Source: a candidate division WWE3 bacterium (GTDB lineage: Bacteria; Patescibacteriota; WWE3; UBA101185; UBA10185). Taken from it: DNA of 64,000 nt. Position 1 is the stretch's first letter; every line of letters begins with the position of its first letter. The DNA is taken from positions 459,338 to 523,337 of the forward strand of contig JBPOHV010000001.1 of NCBI GenBank assembly GCA_052035175.1, in the 5' to 3' direction. The translations under genes were made by a program, and so were the position numbers. The notes beneath the pieces were generated by a model. That model was given only the letters and a program-made list of their open reading frames with translations, did no database searches and had not been told where the DNA came from. Of this stretch, positions 45,419 through 53,600 are shown in pieces.

Positions 45419-45802
45419 ATGCCCAAGATACTTCGCACACCCAAAAACAAGTATGGCTTAAGTATAAAGCAGCGTATGGTGATAGAGGATATAGTATCTG
45501 ATATCAAACATAACAGACCGTTTAACCCCGTAACATCACATAAAAAATACTACAATGCCAAAAATAAGTTGAGTTTATCAGTTATAACTCATGAAAACTT
45601 AAATAGACCTAACTTTAAAGCAGCTCTTTTTGAGGCTTTGGAGTATGAAGGTGTATTAGGAGTATCGGGAAATGCACCACATGTTCTCATTTCGGGTTTA
45701 AACGCTTATCAAATTATAAATGGCGAAAAAGTACCGGACTATAAAACACGGCTAAAATATATCCAAGAAATAAATAAAATAACCGGTGTTTATCCAAAAT
45801 AA
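45419..45802 (+). CDS. Hypothetical small basic protein immediately upstream of the recombinase (ORF-track start 45308 overlaps the previous gene)
   Basis: 127 aa from MPKILRTPKNK. No motif. Confidence 0.4.
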   Translation: MPKILRTPKNKYGLSIKQRMVIEDIVSDIKHNRPFNPVTSHKKYYNAKNKLSLSVITHENLNRPNFKAALFEALEYEGVLGVSGNAPHVLISGLNAYQIINGEKVPDYKTRLKYIQEINKITGVYPK

Positions 45803-45816
45803 GCTATAATTACCTT

Positions 45817-45885
45817 GTGCTCATCTATATGTTTGTAAGCAGAAATGACCGTCTTAGTCATCTATAAAAATATGGATGAGCACAC
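45817..45885. promoter_or_regulatory. Imperfect 14-bp inverted repeat (gtgctcatctatat / atatggatgagcac) with a central small hairpin, 20 bp upstream of the recombinase start
   Basis: Read from the sequence. A candidate operator or recombination site. Confidence 0.3.
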
Positions 45886-45903
45886 TAGGGCGGTCTTTTT
45901 TGT

Positions 45904-47616
45904 ATGAAAAACACACTTGAAGGTAAAAACGCAGTAATAATAGCTAGAGCATCAACCACAAAACAATTTGATGCTGGAGATACTCTGGATCACCAAATAA
46001 ATCAATGTGAAATATATATTAAGAAAATGGGTATGCACCTAATTAAAGCGTTTACGTTAGTTGAGTCAGGTAGAAATGAGGAAAGGGAGTTTTTCACGGG
46101 TATATTAAACTACTGTTTAAATCCTAAAAACAGGGTTCAAGCAGTTGTTTTTAAAGACATATCCAGATTTACCAGGCAAGGAAGCAATACCTATACAAAT
46201 CTGAAGCAACAGTTATCTCGTGCCAATATACGGTTAGTAGATACTATGGGGATAATACAAGAAGAAGAAAACATTCTCGCTCACTTAAATGTTGTTTTTG
46301 ATTGGAGTCTTCGTTCACCGTCCGAAAGAACGGAGATAATGGAAGCTGAGGAAGCTCGTAATGAAGTAAAAAATATATTAAGCAGGACTATTGGCGCGGA
46401 AATCCAATATGTACAAGATCCCGCTAGCTACTCTGTTCGTCAACCTGAGTTTGGCTATAAGAACATTAAAACAGACGTTGATGGGAAAAAACGAACTATT
46501 AGAGCACCTGATGAAGCAGAAGCTCATTGGGTAAGGGAAATGTTTAGATTACGAGCAGAAGGTATATTAAGTGATGAAGAAATTGCACAAGACCTAAATA
46601 ATAGGGGTTTTGTTACGAGGACATTTAATAGAAGGGATAAGGAAACTAAAAAGATTGTAGGTAAGTCCGGTGGCAAGAAGTTAACTGCGAAAACCTTGAA
46701 AAAGTACATTCACAAAACAGTTTATGCCGGAGTTGTACAGGAAACTTGGGGAGGAACAACACTTTTAACTGTAAAATCAAATTTGTGGGAGGGACTAGTT
46801 ACAATCGAGACATTTAATAAAGCTAACAAAGGAAAGGTTTACATTGAAGTTCGGGATGATAGAACAGCGCATATCATGTACAACGTTAAAGATAAAAGGC
46901 GCACTCGTAGTAAAAATAACGCTTTGTTTCCATATAAAAACTATGTTTTATGTCCTATATGTAAGCGCACTCTCATGGGTAGTGCTTCTACGGGGAAGCT
47001 AGGTGGGAAGTATCCCTACTATCATTGTGAACGCAACCACAAAAGATTTAGTGTTAAAACAAGCGATATGGACAAAACAATTGAAAACTTTGTCGCTAGC
47101 CTAAAGTTTAAGGAAAGCTTTGCCAACGATTTTAGACTTGTGGTCAGGGATTTGTATCAACAGGAAAAGAAAAGGCTTCTAGAAAACACCGTAGAGGCAT
47201 CAAACCTTTTAGTTGAGCTAAAATCGCAGCAGGATCTTCTAATGGATAACCTTGTCGTGACCAAGTCCGCTTTAGTACGAGCTGAGTTGGAGAAGAAGTA
47301 CGAAGAGCTTGAACTAGATATTGCGCTAGCCATAGATTCCAGAAATAAATCTGAAGCAAAAGAGCTAGATCTTTACTATTTCGAAAATCAACTTATAAAG
47401 CTAATGGAAAACCCGAGGAAATTGTTGTCACAAGGCGCTGAAACAGTTGGTATAGGTAATATGTTTAGTAGGTTCTTTAGTGAGCCTCCCACATACGAAG
47501 ATTTAGTTAAGGGAACCCCAAAATTAACGCCTATTTTCGAGTTATCTAGAAATCAAGAAGTATCAAAGGATTTAATGGTGACCCTACGGGGAATCGAACC
47601 CCGGTTATCAGGATGA
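45904..47616 (+). CDS. Large serine recombinase (resolvase/invertase-type catalytic domain, recombinase domain, zinc ribbon, coiled coil)
   Basis: The catalytic N-terminus AVIIARASTTKQ is the Y.RVST..Q family signature. The zinc ribbon is CPICKRT...YYHCERNH, followed by a long helical C-terminus. The final 13 codons read through the tRNA-Glu T-arm and acceptor-stem sequence, giving GIEPRLSG. Confidence 0.85.
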   Translation: MKNTLEGKNAVIIARASTTKQFDAGDTLDHQINQCEIYIKKMGMHLIKAFTLVESGRNEEREFFTGILNYCLNPKNRVQAVVFKDISRFTRQGSNTYTNLKQQLSRANIRLVDTMGIIQEEENILAHLNVVFDWSLRSPSERTEIMEAEEARNEVKNILSRTIGAEIQYVQDPASYSVRQPEFGYKNIKTDVDGKKRTIRAPDEAEAHWVREMFRLRAEGILSDEEIAQDLNNRGFVTRTFNRRDKETKKIVGKSGGKKLTAKTLKKYIHKTVYAGVVQETWGGTTLLTVKSNLWEGLVTIETFNKANKGKVYIEVRDDRTAHIMYNVKDKRRTRSKNNALFPYKNYVLCPICKRTLMGSASTGKLGGKYPYYHCERNHKRFSVKTSDMDKTIENFVASLKFKESFANDFRLVVRDLYQQEKKRLLENTVEASNLLVELKSQQDLLMDNLVVTKSALVRAELEKKYEELELDIALAIDSRNKSEAKELDLYYFENQLIKLMENPRKLLSQGAETVGIGNMFSRFFSEPPTYEDLVKGTPKLTPIFELSRNQEVSKDLMVTLRGIEPRLSG

Positions 47617-47650
47617 AAACCTGATGTCCTGACCATTAGACGATAGGGCC
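47576..47650 (-). tRNA. tRNA-Glu (anticodon UUC) with encoded CCA
   Basis: The minus strand reads GGCCCTA TC GTCT AATGGTCA GGAC A TCAGG TTTTCAT CCTGA TAAC CGGGG TTCGATT CCCCG TAGGGTC A CCA. The cloverleaf folds cleanly. Confidence 0.85.
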
Positions 47651-47729
47651 TTATACTAGATATATATCAGAAACGTCACTATTTTAGCAAAGAATACCCC
47701 TAAGTATCAATGATTAAGTAATCTAGTGC

Positions 47730-49844
47730 TTATTCGTATCTAAGAGCATCTAGCGCAGAGATCTTTTTTGACCTTTTTGCAGGGTAAATACCAGTAAATA
47801 CACCTACAAAAAGTGAAAGTAAAAGAATGACGAATATAAATGATCCCGGGATTTTTGATACATCGATGTATCCTTGACCTTTGAACATTGAGAATGATGA
47901 AAGCAGTAAGCCTACGCCTTTGCCACCCAACCAGCCTAATAGTAGTCCACTAAGGCCTGCACAAAAACCCATAATCATAGACTCAGTTAAGAAAAGTTCT
48001 TGTACTTCAGAAGTTTTCATTCCCATTGCTTTCATCAGGCCTACTTCACGCGATCTTTCCAAAAGCGATACGGTCAATGTATTAAACATTCCCAACGAAG
48101 CAACCGCCAAAGCGATCATACCCATAACTCCTAATACCAATCTTATAGTTCCAAACAAGCTGTTTATTTGTGTGACAGTATCAACTACCGAAGTTGTATT
48201 ATAACCAATAGACTCAATCTTTTTACGAATGTCTGCCAAAGATTCTGGTGTTTGTGACATTACTTTGAATTGCGAAAAATTAACTATGCCGAGAGACCTC
48301 AAATCTATGAAAGGTACATAAAAAACAGGTGAAGTGTCGTCTGGAGTTACTCCTACGATAGTGTACTCGCTTGGTTCAGATTCGACTCTTTTAGAAGAGC
48401 CTTCTATCAAATAGCTTGGTAATACAAATGAAGCCATAAAAGTTTTGCCTACAGCATTTTTTTCATCAAGTCCCAAGATTTTTATCATGGCTCGGTTTAC
48501 TACTGCTTGGCGAATCGCTTTGTCTGACAGCATAACTTTGGTAAGTTCATTTGCCTCGGTTTCAGTTTCATCAGATAACGCAACCCATTCAGAGTTGGGG
48601 TCAATTTCTAATGCACTCAATGGATCTACTTCGGCGTCAGGTTGTAAAGTTGTTGTTGTAGCTTCTGTTGTCGAAGTTTCAGTATCACGTGTATCTGTTT
48701 CAGCTAATACGTCTGTATCAATTGCATAATTTGCAGTGTTTACAATTATATTTAACATCGAAAAATACCCACTTCTTTTAGATTGTTCATTTGTTACTTC
48801 GTCAATAATTGGCTCATATCCATTCTCAGTTTCTTGCCACAACAAAACGTCCGATCTTATCCATTCACCAAGATTTTCTCCGCTAGACGTTGTTTGAGAG
48901 CTACCTTTGTCACTCCCTTCATACTCAGTTCCCAAGTATATATCTCCAGTTTGTTTATATTCTGTATGCTTTGTATAACCTAAGATTTCATTTTCGGCAC
49001 CAGGCCCACCTCGAACTCTTATCCACGTGTCGGGTAAAATATCGTACTCGAGTGTACCAACTTTATCACCTTTATCTACAGTGTTTGATACAGATATACC
49101 AGCTACACTTCCGTAATCTTTGGTAGTGTAAGATAAAGGTTTTTCTTCAGACAAAAATGAAGTTTCATTGCTATCAAATATTTTACCTTCGGTTGGTTTG
49201 ATTGCAGATCTTTCCAAATAACCAGAAGTCACTCCGTACACAGCCATATCAGTTATAGAATTTTGAAAATTTACTCTACCTACTACTGCGATTAATGGAT
49301 AAACTTCAAAAACATTTGGAAATTGTTTGACGTCAGACAATGTTTTGTCGTCTATACGTACTTTAGAGCCTGGTTGCGTTGCAACATCTGCTTGCTTAAG
49401 CTCGTCAAGCCTAGCTACACGCGATATTACCAATTCTTGCAAACCGTATCCGAGCGAGACCAAAAAAACAATTGCTCCTATACCTATCGCAACACCACCG
49501 ATAGTAATAAGTGTTCTTGTTTTTTTTACTTGCATATTTCGAATAGCAAGTTTGATAAGATCAATTTTTGGAATCGTCGCATCATCAGATGCGTCTAGTT
49601 TTTTTTCTAATTTACCGAATAGTCTATAAAATTGCGCCAACACTGTAGACGTAACAGAGTAGGGGAGTATTTTTGTAAGTCTTTTGATTAATAAAGTATC
49701 TATTACATAAAATAAAACCAAGACATTAAAAGATATAAAATCTTTGAAGATGTAATTTAAAAAGCCTGGTAACTGCTTGAGACTTTGGGCCAAGGATTTA
49801 ATTTTTTCTTTGATTTTTGGTAATGCTGCTTTTATTTTATCCAT
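47730..49844 (-). CDS. MacB/FtsX-like ABC transporter permease with a large extracytoplasmic domain
   Basis: An N-terminal TM, a ~450-aa extracytoplasmic region containing a Thr/Asp/Glu-rich insertion, and a C-terminal FtsX 3-TM domain (GLMKAMGMKTSEV...). Its start overlaps the ATPase stop by 8 nt. Confidence 0.75.
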   Translation of the reverse strand: MDKIKAALPKIKEKIKSLAQSLKQLPGFLNYIFKDFISFNVLVLFYVIDTLLIKRLTKILPYSVTSTVLAQFYRLFGKLEKKLDASDDATIPKIDLIKLAIRNMQVKKTRTLITIGGVAIGIGAIVFLVSLGYGLQELVISRVARLDELKQADVATQPGSKVRIDDKTLSDVKQFPNVFEVYPLIAVVGRVNFQNSITDMAVYGVTSGYLERSAIKPTEGKIFDSNETSFLSEEKPLSYTTKDYGSVAGISVSNTVDKGDKVGTLEYDILPDTWIRVRGGPGAENEILGYTKHTEYKQTGDIYLGTEYEGSDKGSSQTTSSGENLGEWIRSDVLLWQETENGYEPIIDEVTNEQSKRSGYFSMLNIIVNTANYAIDTDVLAETDTRDTETSTTEATTTTLQPDAEVDPLSALEIDPNSEWVALSDETETEANELTKVMLSDKAIRQAVVNRAMIKILGLDEKNAVGKTFMASFVLPSYLIEGSSKRVESEPSEYTIVGVTPDDTSPVFYVPFIDLRSLGIVNFSQFKVMSQTPESLADIRKKIESIGYNTTSVVDTVTQINSLFGTIRLVLGVMGMIALAVASLGMFNTLTVSLLERSREVGLMKAMGMKTSEVQELFLTESMIMGFCAGLSGLLLGWLGGKGVGLLLSSFSMFKGQGYIDVSKIPGSFIFVILLLSLFVGVFTGIYPAKRSKKISALDALRYE

Positions 49845-50631
49845 TTATATCTACCCCGCGTTTTAATTTGACGCCTTTTTGAATTTCTTCTTTCTCTTTA
49901 CCTCTTGTTATGTCCAAAACTTTTCCGTCTTGTATTCTGACTGCTGATTTTCCATATCTAAGATATTCTAGGTCGTGCGTAACCATTAATATTGTACGTC
50001 CTGTATTATTTAAATCTACTAGTATTTGTAATAAGTTTTGACCAGACTCGTAATCAAGGTTTCCTGTAGGTTCATCGGCGATAATTAATTCTGGGTCGGT
50101 AACCAAAGCTCGTGCGAGTGCAACCTTTTGCTGTTGACCTCCGGATAGCTCTGTAGGACGGTAGCTCGCCCAGTTTTGCATACCCATACTTTCTAGGGAT
50201 TTCCAAGCTTTTTGCAAAGCAGTTACGCGGTCTACTCCTAATAAAGATAAAGGAAATGCAATATTCTCAATTACTGAAAGCGATTTGACCCAGTTGGCTT
50301 GTTGATAAACCATACCTATATGTTTTTTTCTAAATCCAGATCTATCATCGTCAGTTGCTAATGCGTACAAATCTGTATCCAAACAAAAAACCTTCCCAGA
50401 TGTTGGTATTTCCAAACCTAGTAAGACGTGTAATAAAGTTGATTTACCAGATCCAGATGGACCAAGAATAATTGCAAAATCACCGCGAGGCACTTCAAAC
50501 GAAATGCCTTTTAGTACTTCGATAGTTTGTGTACCTACGATAAAAGACTTGGTTATCTCTGTTGCTTTTAAAACAATTGCGGGTGCCGCTGGTGCTGCTG
50601 CCTCAGCAGTTTGTGCTGGAATATCACTCAT
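49837..50631 (-). CDS. ABC transporter ATP-binding protein (MacB/LolD/FtsE-like)
   Basis: Walker A GPSGSGKST, signature LSGGQQQKVALARAL, Walker B IIADEPTGNLD, H-loop VTHD. Confidence 0.9.
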   Translation of the reverse strand: MSDIPAQTAEAAAPAAPAIVLKATEITKSFIVGTQTIEVLKGISFEVPRGDFAIILGPSGSGKSTLLHVLLGLEIPTSGKVFCLDTDLYALATDDDRSGFRKKHIGMVYQQANWVKSLSVIENIAFPLSLLGVDRVTALQKAWKSLESMGMQNWASYRPTELSGGQQQKVALARALVTDPELIIADEPTGNLDYESGQNLLQILVDLNNTGRTILMVTHDLEYLRYGKSAVRIQDGKVLDITRGKEKEEIQKGVKLKRGVDING

Positions 50632-53600
50632 TTTTTAAGACCTCCCAAGAATCCAAACACTTCACCCAAATTTGTAATTACCAAGTTCAATGCGCTGTCA
50701 GAAGATTTTGGCGTAATGCTTACAGTGTCTATAGATTTTGCTTCATTGGTTGCTTTGTCTTTAGAAAGAGCTCGTAAATGATAAACTTTTGAAGTATTTA
50801 AACCTGAAATTACCACGACGTGGTTGTAAGTTAGGTTTGAGTCTTCTTGCGTCTTTTGAGAATAGGTTGTTCCTGTACCTTCGCCAAATTCCACTTGAGA
50901 TGTTCCGGGTTCGTCTGTATCCCAACTTACTACCAATTGCGCTGTAGCTACTTGTTCACTTGTATTAACGATATTTCCTTCGACTCGTAAGTTTGAAATC
51001 AAAGGAGGTCTCGTATCTGTTGCAGTTGTTAATTGTTGTGGATCGCTCGAGGCCTGATTCCCTGCTTTGTCTATACCTTTTACTACCATTGTATAAGGTG
51101 TTTCTGGGAATAATCCTTTTATTAATAACCTATGTACACCTTTAACGAGCTTAACATTAACTTCGTCTCTTGCTTGTGATGCATCGCTGCTTGGGTAATA
51201 CGTAATTATTGATGAAACTTCTGTATTAGTTGACCATGATACTAAAACTGCTGGTTGTGCACTACCTTTGACTTGTTGGATTTTGACATTATCTATTTTT
51301 GGTCGTGGTAAAGTTTCAAACGACAAAATACTTCCTTCATACTCTTCGCCTTCTGTATCAAAAGTGTTTATTTTATAATAGTATTTTGTACCATCTTCCA
51401 AGCTATCTATTGTTGTATTATAAGTTGTTTCGCTTGTAGAAGTTGAAAGTTCAACAGAACCTCCAAATGCAGAAGTTTTGCCATAATAAATTTTAACTTT
51501 TGAAGAACTATTTACGGTATATTGCAGAATTACACTGTTAATGCCAACTGTTTTGGCTGTTGGATCAGTTACAGTCGGCGCTGGTGCAGTCTCAAAAGTA
51601 AATTCATCTGTTAGTCCAGTATTTCCATCTTCATCAGTCCACTTTGCTACTGCATAATAATTTGTTCCTGGTGAAAGATTTGTAAGCGTTATTTCGTGTG
51701 CAGTTACTTGAGTTGAGTTTGAAGGCTCTTCGTCAAAATAATCACCCTCACTCGTACCAAATTGTATTTTTGAATCGCTGGCTCGATCTGTGGACCATGT
51801 TATTGTAGCTTGCTTTGTTGTTATGCCAGTTACTTCTGGTTCACTTTCTAGCGCTGCAGCTTCTGTAAATTTACCTGTAGGCAATAAGGAAACAGCTGCA
51901 GTAGATGCGCCGCAGTTGCTTACGCTATCGCAAGCTTTCACTTTATAATAGTATGTTTCTTGTTCTAGTGATGTATCGATATACGCTGATCCTGTTGTAG
52001 ATGCTAATAATGTATATGTACTATCGTCAGAAGATCTATATATTTCATATTCTTCTACGCCAGAACCTACATCAGTAGGAGCTGTCCATGATAATGCCAA
52101 CCTCCATGCTGATGTACTTTTGATAGAAACGTCTGAAATTTCTAGATTTAACGGAATGCCTGGTGCAGATGTATTGGCTGTGAAACTTACACTAGTGTAA
52201 GATCCATAATTTATAGTTCCTCCTACATCATCTCCGTTTTTTGCAACTAAATAAAAAGTATTCAAACCTACTTGTGTAGCAAATGAGCTCGCCGAAACAG
52301 ATGTAGCTCCAGCGCTTGTATAAGTACATGTATCTACAGAAGGTAGTGTATTTACTGTATAACAATATGTCAGGTCAGATGAGTCACCGCTATACGTTGC
52401 AGGAATTTGCCAAGAAAACGCAAAAGAGTTAGTTGTATTTGTGCTAGGTGTAGCAGTCAAAAATTGTGGTGCCGATGGTCCATCTCCTCCATAATAGTAT
52501 GTAGCTTGTAATGGTGTTGCCGATACATTACCCGCTGTATCAATTACTCTTAAATAAAATGTATTTGCGCCTGTTTGATATGCAGCAGAAGGGATATCAA
52601 TACTAGTAGAAGCAGTAGTCGACGACCAATCGCTTAGATCTCCACTTGGTGCACCAGTTTTATATTGATATCCTGCTAAACCTGATCCGGTATCTGATGC
52701 AATTCCATCCCCAGACGAGGGCCATGAAAATGTAAACGAATTTGTAGATGCATAACCAGAAGGTGTAACAGTAACTGTACTTGGGTTGCTTGGATTTGTA
52801 TTATCAAACTTATATATAAAAGGTGCGTACACTGTGCTTAAGTTTTGTGCATTATCTTTGGCTTGAATTCGCAAATAATACGTCGATCCGCTCGACAACC
52901 CTGAAGCTGAGTATGATGTACCCACTTGAAATACTCCTGCTGTAGATGGTGTTGCAGTATTATCTGTTCCAAAATAAACATAATAACCAGCAACTCCAGC
53001 TTCTGTGTCTGATGCGCCGCTCCAAGAGAAATACGGTGTTGTATACGTATACCAAGTGTTTGTTGTCAAAGATGTTCCTCCGCCAGAAACATTTAGAGCT
53101 GTCAAACTACTTGGTGGGTTAGGATTTGTTGTATCTGCTTCAGCTTCAACTGTTATAGAATTTAGTGTTACAGCTTGTGTACCATCTCCATCCAAGATAG
53201 CTTGCCATTTAATACCGCTAGAGCTTATAGAAAAAGTGTCTATATTGGTATCAATCGTTGAACTAGCGTTGGCTTGTGCGGTAGACGCAGATGTAGCCCA
53301 AGCTCCGCCATCCCAATATTTCCAAGTAGTGCCGCCATCGTTAGACAACCGATAAGTTATTGCTCCGCCATTTGCAGTTTCTGAAACTACAAATCCGGTA
53401 TATGTATATATATCTTCAGTAAACACGGCTGTCGCATTTTGTATAGTTTGTGCCGATGTAGAATAAGCTGTTGTATTAAATGATGGTAGTGCAGTATTGC
53501 TTATTCTCACTTCGTCTATATTGCCATTAAAAAATCCTTGAGGACTACCCTGACTAGTGCTTCCATAAGTTGTTCCTAGTAAAACTGCTTTTGCGGTATT

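Larger units (their letters stand above)
40456..47650. mobile_element. Candidate integrated genetic element bounded on the right by tRNA-Glu and a serine recombinase; the left boundary is uncertain (about 40.5-40.9 kb)
   Basis: A large serine recombinase abuts and overlaps the tRNA 3' end. The cargo is dominated by hypotheticals plus a nuclease-like gene. There is a decayed non-coding edge with a tRNA-Glu-3'-like 9-mer (tggtgaccc) at 40810. Confidence 0.4.

Noticed and set aside
47577-47616. Treating the recombinase C-terminal 13 residues as a genuine conserved protein segment
   Set aside because: They are a direct read-through of the tRNA-Glu sequence, so their coding significance is doubtful. 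The overlap itself is reported as a finding.
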